A stretch of DNA of 63,878 nt from Octopus bimaculoides (GCF_001194135.2 NC_068990.1:66454710-66518587), one strand, 5' to 3'; positions 11,333-25,159 are shown, numbered from the stretch's first letter. The notes: a model not told the origin generated them from the letters alone. Translations and numbers: made by a program.

Positions 11333-11952
11333 AGTTGTAAAACCACTGAAATCCAAACTAAAACTGGAACAGCAACTAATCACGATAAAACGATGGCAGG
11401 AAAAGCTCCTACATGGCAAACATTGGGTTAAACTAAACAGGAAAAGAAATCGACAAAGCAAAATCCCAACATGGCTGAAAAGCTCAAGACTCATGGCAGA
11501 CACTGAAGGATTTTTAACTGTAGCACAAGATGAAAGCCTTCCCACCAAAAATTACCAGAAACACATAATGAAAAGGAATACGCTAACTGCAGAATATCTG
11601 GTGATGGAGAAGAAACAATAAATCATGTTGTCTCTCGCTGCCCAGTTCTGGCTAACACGGAATATATTCGCAGACACAATAGAGTTGGGACTTATATACA
11701 TTGGACGCTATGCCAACACTATGGAATAACAAAAGAAAAATGATTGTAAAGGCACACGCCAGAAAAGGTCACAAAAATGAGAAAGCAACCAAACTCTGGG
11801 ATGTGCTAATACACACAGATAAAAAAATTAAGGTCAATAGGCTTGATATAGTTGTGAGAGACTATTAAGAAAAAAAATACTTTCTAATCGATGTATCAAT
11901 ACCAACAGATGACAATGCTTCTCTAAAAGAAACGAAGAGAAATTCAAAATAC
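11333..11952 (+). pseudogene. R4/Dong LINE fragment (post-RT, CCHC, RLE start)
   Basis: WQEKLLHGKH..DTEGFLTVAQDESLPTKNY..EETINHVVSRCPVLANTEYIRRHNRVG..HTPEKV..LWD..NRLDIVV..IDVSIPTD. Confidence 0.88.
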
Positions 11953-11982
11953 AATTGTTATGTTGTTTAAATTCTTCACGTG

Positions 11983-12325
11983 AAGGAGCATGGCTTAGTA
12001 GTTAGAGCATCGGGCTCACAATCATAAGGTTGCGAGTTCGATTCCCGAACCGGGCTGTGTGCTGTGTCCTTGAGCAAGACTCTTTATTTCACGTTGACCC
12101 AGTTTACTCAGCTGTAGAAAAGAGTTGCAACGTCACTGATGCCATGCTGTACTGACTTCTGCCTTTTCCTTGAATAACTTTGGTGGCGTGGAGAGCGAGA
12201 GAAGGCTGGAATGCATGGGTGACTACTGGTATTCCATAATCAACCTTGCCTGAAGTTGTGCTTCGCTGGCGAAATTTCTAAGTGCAATCCCATGCTCATT
12301 CATAACTGAAGCGAGTCTTTACCGT
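11983..12325 (+). mobile_element. tRNA-derived SINE family C with CORE-like central domain
   Basis: A-box tggcttagtagttagagc, B-box gagttcgattccc, anticodon/T-arm resembling elongator tRNA-Met, then gtgtccttgagcaagac..ttcac..cagtttactcagctg (CORE-like). Confidence 0.8.
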
Positions 12326-12975
12326 TTGTATTCTTGACATATTCTCCTTTTTTGTAGCAGTCATGTTCGCCTTTTTCCTGCCTGAAATTCCCATTTATAA
12401 ATGTTCCAAGACACACGTTTCCTATTTTACAAACTTCATCTAGTTACTACAAAACAATTTGTATACCAAAATAACCAGCCGAGTACAAACTACGCAGAAA
12501 TCTTCGCAAAACGACTACATCTTCTTCAATCACTGCTCATTCGCATAGTAACACCTTTTAAGTCCTGTCTGAAATACGTAACTCAATCCTACCTGATCGC
12601 AATCGATTGAAATTCAAGCTGAATTAATCGTATCGGTCGTACTGGCCTTAGGTGAATACATATGTCATAGGTGCAGTCTAACATTTTCTTGCTAAAAGAG
12701 CACACGCACGTGCGCGTATATGCATGCACTAAGACACACACACACAGGCACGTGCGCCAAAACGCACACACACGCACACAAGCGCACACATACACACGCA
12801 ACCAGGCATACACAGAATGTTAACCTGCCTTCTTTGTATCTATGAGTGCAACATTCTCCCTCCCCTGTCACAATCTCTCTGTATGTATGTGTGTTTGTAT
12901 GAGTGTGTGTATGAGTGTGTGTATGTATGTGTGTGTGTGTGAGTGTGTGTATACATATATAAATATATGTATGTA

Positions 12976-13028
<53 letters not shown>

Positions 13029-14612
13029 CTCTGCCTTCCTCCGTCTTTCCATATGTCTGTATTTGTGTCTCTGTGTGCAGGTGGGTACGTGCTGCGTACG
13101 TGAGTGCGATTATGCGTGTGTATAATCGGATGATATACACACAAACGCACACGTGTATACATATATACATAACTACACACGTACAGCTCTACATACATAC
13201 GCATGAACGTATATACCGACATATGCATACGTACAGTCATCGTACACATATCATAATAGGAAATGGAAATAGGAAGAGACAAGGTAAAGAAAAGATTATT
13301 TCAAGGTGAAACGTGGAAACAATATTTAAGTCTATCAACACTCTAAATTTGGAGTATATTTTTAGAAGTTCATTCCGCCAGCGCTTACTGTCACAAAACT
13401 GATCTGACATTTAATATTTCACGCACGTCAGTAGAAAATATCACTGACGCACTATAGGACGAAGAATAATATTTAATGGAGAATGTCTACATTGCTTCAT
13501 TGAAAATATTGTTGTCATAAGTGTTGAAGCTACGTTGAAGTTTTTAGGTACAGAAACTTAGGAACAGAATGTACTGAAATCCAGCAATGTGGGATCAAAT
13601 TATATCGAAATTATTTGAGATTTGTTGCTATGTATATATATACATGCACACATAAATATTTGTTCCATCTACGCAAATGCTGTGAGTCTAACCTGCACAC
13701 ATGCACACAGACAAACACATACATACAAACACATTTACGCATATGTGCATATATCCACAAACAAATGCATGAATATATATGTGTGTGTGTATAAATGTAT
13801 GTGGATATCTATCTATCTCTCTATATATACGCACATACGCATATATATACAGAAATATATAAGTGGAAAATTTGCCGTAAGATGACAGTTTCAATTTTCA
13901 AAACGGTTAGCAAGAATTGTTTTGGGGCAAACCAAGTCATATTACATAGCTCCTCTAACACAGAGCTTTGGTTTTGTGTAGTTTATATTCTTTCCAAATA
14001 TCTCTTCATATTCATTAAGTGACCATGCAGGACCTATAAGATGGTTGTTCCTGCCAATAAATCGGTCAGAGCTCAGAGTACCAATGAAGGACCTATAGCG
14101 TCTGCTAATCTATTTGCTAAAAGATGTTCTGATAATTACTTTTCAGAGACTCTCACTTTACTGAAAGTAATCTGCTGTACCTTGCCTCTTTTCACTTCCC
14201 TGTTTCTATGTTGTGGTTTTCTCTTCTGTTGTGATTGATATTTTCCAGGTCTACGCGGGGAGTCTCTACTAGTCTCCTGGCACAGTTTATATTTTGTGTG
14301 CATGTTAGGTGTGCATTCGATTTCGCTTACCTAGCTCACCTATTTCATCTTAAAAAAAACATGGCTCTCTATTATAATTACTTTGCATTGAAATGTGAGC
14401 CATTGGAAATTTTTTTACATGCCTGTAGATCTTCCTTATCGTGTAAAGAATCAAGAGACCTCTAAACTTTTTGTAGGCTTTAAAAATAATTTGATTTAAT
14501 TCAATGGCCCACTGGGATATCTCTCGATATTTCTGCAACCCCGGATCGCTGATCTCAGTTTCCTGTCATGTTGTGGAGTACTTAGAAATAATATACATCT
14601 TATATATCAGTT

Positions 14613-14890
14613 TGAGGGCGGTGAGCTGGTTGAATCGTAACAGTCTCAGACATAATGCATTCCCATATTTCTTACTAGCCTTTATGGTCTAAGTTCAAAT
14701 ACACCAGGGTCATCTATATACAGAGTCAATAAAATGTATAGATACATATTTCGCTGGTGGCGGGCGGTTGGCTGAATAGAAAGAAAATAATGCTTTGCTG
14801 CATTTGGTCCTGGTCTTTTATATTCTGATTTCAAATTGCTCCAAGGGGTGTCATCGGCTTCCATGTGGAGGTCGACGAAATAAGATACTT
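14613..14890 (+). mobile_element. Two diverged partial SINE family A copies
   Basis: gggcggtgagctggttgaatcgt..aagttcaaat at 14615-14700; second copy with ttctgatttcaaatt..gtcgacgaaataag at 14760-14890. Confidence 0.6.
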
Positions 14891-15243
14891 GCCAAACAGC
14901 TCATCAGCATAATTACTTTGTTTTCTATTGATTTACTCCTAGGAACTTATTTAAAACTCGCTTTCTTTTGTGTAAACATTGAAAGAAAATTATAATTTGT
15001 GTTACAATGTTTTTTATAACTTGGCAGTTTTTAAGGTACAACATTCATTGTACCAAAGAGGGTATAACGCATTTACGATATATTGACGTGTCTGAATTTG
15101 ATGTCATGTATACATGTGTGAATTCACTTCCGCGCGCGCACACAAAGCCACAATATATATATTAGAAATTCTTCTTGCTACCAGTGGTCTAGCGGGAAGA
15201 AAAAACTAGTCAATAGAATATATATTATTCATATAAATACATA

Positions 15244-15843
15244 CAGTGTACATTTAAATACAGAAGAGATGTCCATAATAGGACATCTAATCCTCTAGAA
15301 GGAGCAATCAAACTCCAAACCACAATTAGGGATAATTTCGAAAGGGAATGAAAAATAAAAACATTTACCATCTATTTCCTGTACCATGGTTTCAAGCTAT
15401 TTTCAGCAAAATAAAATAATTTGCTAGGCCAGCTATCATCAGTAAGAAAGCCAAGATTAACATATAAACACGAAGCAATACAAAGAACATGCTTATAACT
15501 TACAACATGCTATGTTATAGCTTTTCAAAATCTACCGCGCAAGCGCGGTTTTCTTATCGGCAGCAAATACAAAAAATGCCGATTTTCTTCCAGAAATTAG
15601 CCAAAAAGTCATTATATCATTATTAATAAATCTTGGCTTTCCTGCTGATGATAGCTGCCCTTGCAAATTATTTTATTTTGCTGAAAATAGCTTGAAACCA
15701 CAGTACAGGAAATAGATGGTAAATGTTTTTATTTTTCATTCCCTTTCGAAATTATCCCTAATTGTGGTTTGGAGTTTGACTGCTCCTTCTAGCGGGCTAG
15801 ATGTCCTATTATGGACATCTCTTTTGTGTTTAAATGTACACTA
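15244..15843. mobile_element. 600-bp Tc1/mariner-type MITE with ~215-bp TIRs and TA TSD
   Basis: Left arm 15244-~15458 is the reverse complement of ~15628-15843 with few mismatches; termini TA|CAGTGTAC..GTACACTA|TA; no ORF. Confidence 0.93.
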
Positions 15844-15936
15844 TATATATATATAGTAATGTTTGTTTTCTTGTCAAATTATAATAGAAACAATCTAACA
15901 ACAAATCGAAGAATTACTCAATACGTTTTGGAGAGT

Positions 15937-16620
15937 ACTGGGAGCATTCTAGAAGTTTTGAGACATTTATAGGAGAGACATTAACTATAAAGAAGTACAA
16001 AACTCTAGCCTCTTTCAACGTAGCATCTTCTAATTTCACTGAACTTGTAGTGCTCCAGCCATTTCGCGAAGCCTTTATGGCAATCTTTAAAATTAAGGTC
16101 CCCAGGGCCCTTGTCTTCATTTTCTCAACGTCTCTAAAATTACTGCCTCTGAGTTCTCCTTCAGCTTGTGGAACAACCAAAAATCACAAGGAGCAAGGTC
16201 TGAACCAAAGGGTGGATGGAGGACAGCTTTGATACCCATCGCTGTCAAAGTGTTGGTTAAAAGGATGGAAGTTTGGACTGACCCGAGTGTAAAACCTAGG
16301 ACCTGATCTCTTACAAATCTTCAAACTATGCCTGATCTCCTTTAAACTCCACTCAGTACTCTTTGTTGAACGCACGGCCGAAGGAACCTCAGTGAATGTA
16401 GATGATTCCCACGGTTTTGAAAAAGGGGATCAGCATGGGCTGCTCGGTGCACTTGCTTTGCCTGGGCTCTCTTGTCAGTGGAAAAACAGAACCTTGGCTC
16501 GTACAAGCTAATCGATAAGCAAGCAAGCTTAAGCATTTCTGGGTAATACCCAGTAACATTCATCGGAGAAAGACCAACAAGCCTAAGTTTTGAAGTCAGT
16601 GTCAAACCTCTTCTTCAGAA
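15937..16620 (-). mobile_element. Decayed mariner transposase 3' half with TIR remnant
   Basis: LTAMGIKAVLHPPFGSDLAPCDFWLFHKLKEN (mariner YSPDLAP.D motif). Confidence 0.85.
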
Positions 16621-17246
16621 AGTTTAGTATATCTGTAAGTGTCTATATAAGTGTATGCGTGTGTAAGGGCTTGTGCGCTTGTGTGAATTCGTATGTTTAT
16701 GACTGTAACACGGGTCACTGTGAGAAGTTCGCTTTCTTGTTGCATAATTTGTGTTCATCAAAACAACATGGCAGTTTCTGTTGGTAAACAGAAACTGGAA
16801 GTAAACAAAATCTGGAATAAATTTTAAAATGAATAAAATAACGGTTCTATTGTCTCACACAAATTATTCAACAAGAAATAACAATTAATGAGGATGTATG
16901 AATGCCTAAAACTTTATATATATATATATATAAATATATGTGTGTGCGTGTGTGTGTGTGTGTATTTGTTTGTGTGTGTGCATGTGTGTGTATGCGTGTG
17001 TGTGCGTGCAGGCCTGAGTGTGTATGTTTGTGTGTGTATGTATGTATGTGTGTGTATGTGTGTGTGTACGTCTATGTTTGTGCATGCATGTTTATATGTG
17101 TGGCCACGTCTTCAAATTTGAGCTGCATAAATTACGTGTGACAATGAAATTTGTATATTTATATAAACAAAACTATTCCAGAGTTTGTTTACTTCAGTAA
17201 AACAACACGCCAAGTTGTCTTGAAAAGAATAAGCTGACTCTCTCTC

Positions 17247-17294
<48 letters not shown>

Positions 17295-17644
17295 CCTCTC
17301 TCTCTCTCCCTCTCTCTCTCTTACATACACACACACATTACATTCTCATTCTCCCTCTCTACATCTCTATCGGTCTATCTTTCTTCACTCACACTGTACA
17401 CGATATTATTTCATCGTTATGCACACACGCGTACATACATGCATACATACATGCATACATACATACATACAACATACGCACATACATACATACATACATA
17501 CATACATACATACATACATACATACATGTAGCCCTCGAGGAGAAATGGCCATTCCTCCCCAAGGGCTAAAACGTACGACGCTAACAACAAGATGTATTAA
17601 AACCGATCGAAACAGGGATTATTTAACTAGGTGTCCCTTGTAAA

Positions 17645-17700
17645 ATCACGGAGAGACGCATCACAACCAGTCGTACAGTGTCCCACCCGTGAGGGATCAC
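17645..17700 (+). repeat. Dispersed repeat homologous to 34709-34770 (Penelope-like terminal repeat fragment)
   Basis: gagacgcatcac..aaccagt....agtgtcccacccgtga(g/a)gga is shared in opposite orientation. Confidence 0.7.
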
Positions 17701-18397
17701 TGCGCGCGCGCACGCACACGAACGCTCGCGCGCACGCGCACACACACACACACACACTTTGTCCCTTTCCTTGACAGCATATACACTTTAATAAATCGTC
17801 GATTCTTAATATCTCCCCTCCTGACATGTAACTTTTCTTAATTGCAATTTTGTTATTATAACTCACCCCCGAGTGGCAGTGATGATTTTAATAAATCACG
17901 AATTTACGGAGAGTAGGATTTGATATACCTACATCTGAGTTATTTTTTAAAGCAAATAATTGTATAGAATACACTCACTCTCGCGGACACGCTCACACGT
18001 ACATGCATGCATGCATACATACATAAATACATTACATACATACGCAAACTCACATGAACACATGATATCAGACACAACCGCGCACCCACGAACACTTACA
18101 CTACGTCTCAAATACATGTCTATATCTATAAATGTGTGTTTGCGTGTGCATATGTGTACGTGCGTGTGTGTGTGTGTGTGTATGTGTATGTACGTGTATG
18201 CATTTATGTGTATGTTGGGGTGCGTTTTAAGATAATTTTATAAAAATGACCCAGCTGAGATACAGCTAGATGTGTTTTAATACAGGATTCCATATTAAGA
18301 ATGTTGTTAAACAATTCGTTTACACAAAGGATCCACGGAAATATATACATATATGCATACAAACAAAAGGATAGACGTGTGTATGCATGTACGTACG

Positions 18398-18431
<34 letters not shown>

Positions 18432-19447
18432 CATGTATGTATGTGTATGTATGTATGTATGCATGTATGCATGTGTATGTATAAATGTACACACGTACAT
18501 ACACATACACACACACGAACGTACATACATAGGCACACAAACACATTTATAGATATAGACATTTATGTGAGAGAAAGTGTGAGTGTTAATGCATGCGGTT
18601 GTGTGTTATGTCATGTGTTCATGTGAGTCTGCGTATGCGCAAACGAATGTAAAAATTCAGTGAAAATCGGTCAAGCCATATTGCATAGCATTCAACCGAT
18701 GCGTTATTATTGCTTGACACCATGAACAGTTCACTCCATGAAGTTATATTACGTTTATAGACCAATTCAGGTTTACAGCCCCTAAAGAAACATATAGCCG
18801 GAAGTTCTTTAGCGAATTGTTTTATTAATTACCATATTTGCATACAAGGGTCAACCTATGGAATCAGATCAGTCATGATATTATCATCCATTGTCTGAAC
18901 CGTTTTAACTTATGTCTTATTGTTATCAAGAAACAGTTTGCTGTATTATAACAGGGACGTCATCTTCGAGTGATTTCTATATGAGTAAGAAATGTAACGA
19001 GTAAGAACATGAAAATGAAATATGTATAGTATATGCGTTTTCTACCTTCTTCCTCGATTTAAGAGTGGAACTTCTAATCCTGGCAGATTAAGCCAGAAAT
19101 GTATATCTCCTTTGCAGTAACTAGCCATCAAAGCACCACCATACCACGTGTACGAACTATTTCTATATTTCTTAGGTTTTGTGCCAGCTCTCCACCTTGT
19201 AAGACGAATCTAAATAATACTTTACAGTTTCATAATACTTTAGCGCTGTTTTTCCAACGAAACTGATTCTGGCCAAATTTCACACGCGCTAATTATTCTT
19301 TACAAACTTTGGTGTTAATGATAGCCGCCATGCTAATGACCCAGACGAACCTGCAAATCAAACGTTGAACCGTTTTAGACAAGAAACCTGTTATTTAGGA
19401 ATGGAGATATATATATCAATAATGTACCGATGATTACTGACCCATAA

Positions 19448-19565
19448 AAGGCAGCAAACTGACAGAGATGGTAGAGCAACCGAAAGAATTATTTCAGTAT
19501 TTGTTCTGGCTATTTACATTAAAAACCTGCCGAGGTTTTTAATTTGCTTTCAACGGGGTAGATAC
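19448..19565 (+). mobile_element. Diverged SINE family A fragment
   Basis: aaggcagcaaactgacagagatggtagagc..gccgaggt..tttgctttca. Confidence 0.55.
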
Positions 19566-19649
19566 AGTCAGGTTAGGAAAGACAAAGGTGAGATACTACA
19601 AGAAGTCTGAATACACGCTGGTTAGAGTGCAGTACGCCTTCCCATAGAA

Positions 19650-20060
19650 GGTGAAGGTAGGGGTTGTACTGGAACCAGAGTGAGATGGTGGCTACGCCAA
19701 ACATCACCATGCAAATAAAATCTTGAAATAGATCCAGGCAACCATTGGATATAACTAAATGGTATAATGAAACCTATTTGAAGAAGAGAGGAACCTTAAA
19801 TGGACTTGAGGTTGAATACTATTAAATCGAACTAGCAGGTGCGGGCCTTACATCAGTGATGTGGGGGCGGTGTGCTGTAAAGGCCTCAAAGTGTTGCACA
19901 TTCTTTCTTGATGACCCCTGCATACCATAAGGTATGCAGAATTTTTTACTTACTGCACTTGCACAAGCAAGCTGTTTCAAAGACTCTGCTCTCTCTCTAA
20001 TCCTCATTCTCTGTCTATTTTTCGGTGACTTGAAGGGGTCATTCACCATGTTTCCATTAA
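19650..20060 (-). mobile_element. Possible very old mariner N-terminal remnant
   Basis: RMRIRERAESLK loosely resembles the mariner HTH segment RRLTIREIAESL; weak. Confidence 0.3.
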
Positions 20061-23000
20061 AACAAAAAGGTTAGACTGACATATTTTATATTGAACACTG
20101 ATCCTGAGCAAATTTAAACTTCAAAAGAATCATTCTGAGTCTTTACAAATGATCACTTTCATACTACCCGTGATAATCCCTTATAATAACGGAATATCCG
20201 TCCTATGGCCGATACAGTAAATCAAAGACGGCACTCTCTTTTCCGAGCCATTTATTACATCATCAAAATGACCGGTGTCTTTATATAAAGCAAAGTGGAA
20301 GATTGTTAATATATATAGGACCGAAATTGCTCTTCTAGCAAACAGAATTACACACGCAAGGACAAGATTTAAAAAAATGTCCAGACACTACCTAACTGAT
20401 TTGGGGAATTTTTAACCACTAACGCACAACCCACGTATATTTTGTATCCTGTCAAGATATTAACAACTGCGAATAAATTTTTGTGCTTTCTTCGAGTAAG
20501 GTATCATTTGATTCTCATACGTACCTGCCTCTGATTAACTCTGTGTTTTATATAAAACCTCTAACTGACATCTGTGTTCTAGTCTTTTTCACAAACAACT
20601 TCAAATATCTAGCAAAACTTCTCTACTGTCTTCTGCCTAACTGTCATCTGCCTACCACAATTAAAGCTACACATCAATCACATTACATCCGGGTTTTGTG
20701 GGAAGTACTGAAAAGTGTTTGGTCACGCTCCCTTTTTCTTGACATAAAACGTAAAAAAGGAAAAAAAACGTACTCGATTCAGAGATAAAACATTTGTCTA
20801 CTTTGTATCTTCCATTACATCCTCACCATTATTTAATGTTATTGGCGTTTTCCTTCTCAGATGATCTGGTGATGGTGTAGTAATCAGTCTCGTCCGATCC
20901 AGTGTCAGTTTACACCAAGACAAATGAGATGACTAGCCTTTCTGCTTTTGCATATAATCCATTTTTATTCCTGATTCGATTGCATTAGTAAAATCTCATT
21001 TAACGATGTAGTTACATTATTGCTCTTACATCTATTTCTGGTTAGAAATCGACAATCGAATACATGTGCTATTTATGTTAGGCTAAACGGTTTCCGGAGA
21101 AATGTTGGCAGCTTCCGTGATACCTGTGAACACCATTCATCATGAATATAATGTATGAACTAAATAAAATCGGTGACGAAGCACAGATGTCAACCAACAC
21201 TGCAGCTGTCCGTTGTAATCTCTTCAAGATGGTAATGGAATGGTTTAAGCGCTTGCAACATAGAACCTCGGCACAAAAGGTATTACGGGATTTAGTTTCG
21301 TCTCTTTCTCAGCGTTTAATGCTTTCACAAGTTCACAAGATATTTTACCTCGTTACGTATCGCTTCCTTATTGATATTCTTTCTGAAGCATCATCTGGAC
21401 TCAGAATATTAATGTCATTCATTTCGATATTTACTCCTTTTATAAAACAAAATACAAGCTCAAAATTTATGTATAGTTTCCCTTTATTTCATACATTCTT
21501 TCGTGGGGGAAAATTACGAAAGTTATTGGAAATATAACTTCTGCCTAAATGGAAACCAACTTCTGGCAGCAATCTTTATCTAAATGAGGTTTTCTTCCTA
21601 AAATAGGAAACAGCAGGAACTGGAGAGCGTAATTTTCGATTATCCGAGATTCTTTTATTTTTTTAAGAGGCAAAATATAAATAGTGATCCTATTTTAGAA
21701 AACATGTTGATTGCACAAGGTTGAAATTCTAAACCGACGCTGGCAATATTAAACTTTGACTCATCACAATGGAAAGACATTGTAGATATACAGAAACGGT
21801 GCAAAACTCACCAAGACATTGATAAGCGATCAGTAAAAATTGATTTTAAAATTGTAAAGAAATCTGTTAAAGAGTTCAGTCCCTGTTTCCGTCATGTGTG
21901 TACACAAACCTTAGAGAAGAAATTTTGTAAAATATCAGCTGTTGTTTTGCCATCCACCACTCTCTTCCCTTTCGATTACCCCCTCCAAACCCATGGAAGA
22001 GTTTTCTTCTTAAGATCTAGCACTGGCTCTTTAGCTTCATGGCTCTTAAATCTTCAATCTTTTCAATACAGATTGTATATTTTAAAGTTGTAATTGTTCC
22101 TCTTTTTATAGCAAAATGTAGTTATGATAAAACAAGAACAAAGGAGACCGATTTTGGCGAATGAATATGAAAGCATAATTGAACATGGTGGTGTATCTCT
22201 GGTTAAACCTCTGCAAACTTTCATAAATGCTTTATTCCTTTCCCACCAGAACGCCTAAATAACAATAATCTTTACGTAAAGCAACGATAAGCCTAAGCTG
22301 CAAATGAAATGGGCTTTTCTGGCTTTTACACCAACAAAATTTCATATATTATCTAAATCAATTTCTTTAGGAATGCTTGATTCAATATATAGTCTTGCCA
22401 TATCATGATCTTGTAATGTTAACAGAAGTAAGTTGAGAGGTTAAAGGTTTAATACTTTGAAGTTCGTCAGACCATCTCGTTTATGACATGCCTTGAAATA
22501 AAAGAACCTTATGTGATTTTAAAGTAAATCTGATTGTTTAGGGCTGGAACAAAACAAGATACAAATCCTTCGAATTGTTTTGATATATTTAATGTCTTCC
22601 GGTAAGCTCTCACTTTGAAAATATGGCAGCTTTAGCAGGAGAAGATTGGAATTGGACACAGCTCTAGTATTTTTTCCGGTGCCTCTGTAAATTTTTGCCA
22701 TGCTGGTACTTATAATATGTATTTGCATCCTGCAGTCCTCTAGAAAACTGTCGTATTCTTCTCATTTGTATACGAATAACTCAATAATCTCTTACTTATA
22801 TGCATGGCTGAATTCGGCGAACCTAGGGAAAGTTTCTTGTACCTTAAACCTGCCGTAGTTTGATTTGTCACATCTCTACAGAAATGTCATCTGCTCGACG
22901 TGGACCAAGTCTGTATCCACAATAACTTGAAAATACTATGTAGATCTCATTCCCAATAAAATACGTTGCCTCATAATCTGAAATAAATCTGTTCTGTGAC

Positions 23001-24142
23001 TCGGGAGATATATAGCGAACCTGATCTTGATCATCCCGTATCTAATATTCTTCTGTTGTTCGTAAAACATGCTTTTGAAAAATATCATCTCATCTTGTCA
23101 TAAATTCTATCAGACTTGAGATGCTTTTCTGCTGCATGGATCATCTACTCAAAGCCAGTAAACACAAAGCCACAAAGATATCATAATCAGAACATTAACC
23201 TTATGCTTCGAAATAATCGTCATTTCCTTACTTCAAATCAAATTTTCAGTTCTAACAAAGAGTCAGTTCCTTTCCAGATGAAATACTTAAAATTTATCAC
23301 TAAGCTAAACGGATTCTATATTTTCTTTGAAGGAAATTGCCATAAACTCTTTAATCTTCAAGGTTTCTTAATTTGTCAACGTTTTAAAAGAGTTTGCTAG
23401 TGTTTTGGAGAATTCAAAACAATTCATTGAGTAGCTTAGTCGTGCAGGCATCTATATTTTCTCACATCTATATAGGCAGCAAAAACATTTAAACATTTAA
23501 ACAAAATATGATACACTCCATCATATGCACACTTGCAAGTAACGGTCATGGCTGATTGGCATTATATAGTTATGCACATACGCATACACAAGCGCTTATA
23601 TATATATATGTATATATATATATACATATACAAGAGGGTAAAAATCTTAGCAAAGTGCATACCGCCGGCTACTCTTGAGGTCAAATGATATCTTGATTAA
23701 ATTGAAGGTTACATTGCGCAAGGATGTACATGTTGACGCTTGGAACATTCAAACCTATTCTCAAAATACAATTACTTACAACTCCATCGCGCGTTTTCCC
23801 TCCTAACCTTCGTAAAGTTTACCTCTCATCCACGCTCACTACCACTGTATATTAAATCAACAATATATCATTTAATTACTTTATAGTCAGTTACACACTT
23901 CTCTCTGTATTTGTCCTTACAATTTAAAAATTTGTTCGTTCTTTTTATTTCAAATGCCTCTCTCCTACACCCCTCCCTCGATAACATACATATTCACCAT
24001 TTCATATTGTAATCACGCTGCTCACACACTATATAGATTCATCAACTGAAAAAACTTACAGCAGCCGCCATAATTCTTCCCCTCTCTTTCTCATTTTCTT
24101 ATATATTTTCATTCTCCCCCTTGACAAAAATCNNNNNNNNNN

Positions 24143-24210
<68 letters not shown>

Positions 24211-24262
24211 TGATAGATAGACTGATTGATTGATTGATTGAGTGAGTGACTGATTGATTGAT
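24143..24262. repeat. (GATA)n grading into (GATT)n/(GAGT)n
   Basis: Seen directly. Confidence 0.95.
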
Positions 24263-24685
24263 TTTAATACCACTACCCTGATCATTTTTGTGATTCAGCC
24301 AAGAAAGCCCTTTGAATGCCATCAGGCAACTAACCATAATTAAATTCCTCCTTCGTCTCACTCCCTTATATTTTCTTCTTGTTCCCTGTTTAATTCCTTC
24401 TTTCAATGCTTATTTCTCCCAGCGTTTATATACTGTTCTCATCCTGTGCTCTCTATATATTCTGATTGAATCTTCCATGCATGTAAATCCTTGCGATAAC
24501 GTATCCTTTAATTTTATTCATATTCGCACACCCGGCAATCCTGATCACCTACCGTGGATTATAAAAAAATGAACTTTTCTTCAGCTTATCCACAACATTC
24601 CGTCTGAATGAACTACTATTGTCACTGAAATTGTTGTTTTATATTTACTGGATTAGCTAACTTTGTTCCTACACCTCGATCACTG

Positions 24686-24686
24686 G

Positions 24687-24757
<71 letters not shown>

Positions 24758-24786
24758 GATCTATCTATCTATCTATCTATCTAGAA

Positions 24787-24855
<69 letters not shown>
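24686..24855. repeat. (TATC)n followed by (TAT)n
   Basis: Seen directly. Confidence 0.95.
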
Positions 24856-25116
24856 TAACTTCTATGTTGGAGTGGAGACAACATGTTCTTTGTCTGTCTC
24901 CTTAACTTCTTGGAGATTTTAGGTATTATTCTACTAATGTGTCCATCTGTTATAATTTAATTAAATACTATGTCCTTCTGCAGCTGAGGATTGCTCTGCA
25001 TTTTAAATTGATATAGTGGTTACACTGTTCAATTAAATGGAGTTGCATGTAACGATCGTACTGCATTGCTTCTGGATATCCATGTTGCTTATTTTGATTT
25101 TAATCACCTTACTTTG

Positions 25117-25159
<43 letters not shown>

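Noticed and set aside
11985-12060. Possible tRNA gene
   Set aside because: No acceptor-stem pairing, and it continues into a SINE body.
15645-15690. CTGATGA..GCTGAAA in the MITE
   Set aside because: Stem geometry is wrong and it is explained by the TIR sequence.
20845-20885. Strong splice acceptor (ttttccttctcag)
   Set aside because: All three frames stop within ~20 nt; no exon can be supported.
21142-21537. 131-aa + strand ORF
   Set aside because: No recognisable domain; lies within the unassigned block reported under findings.
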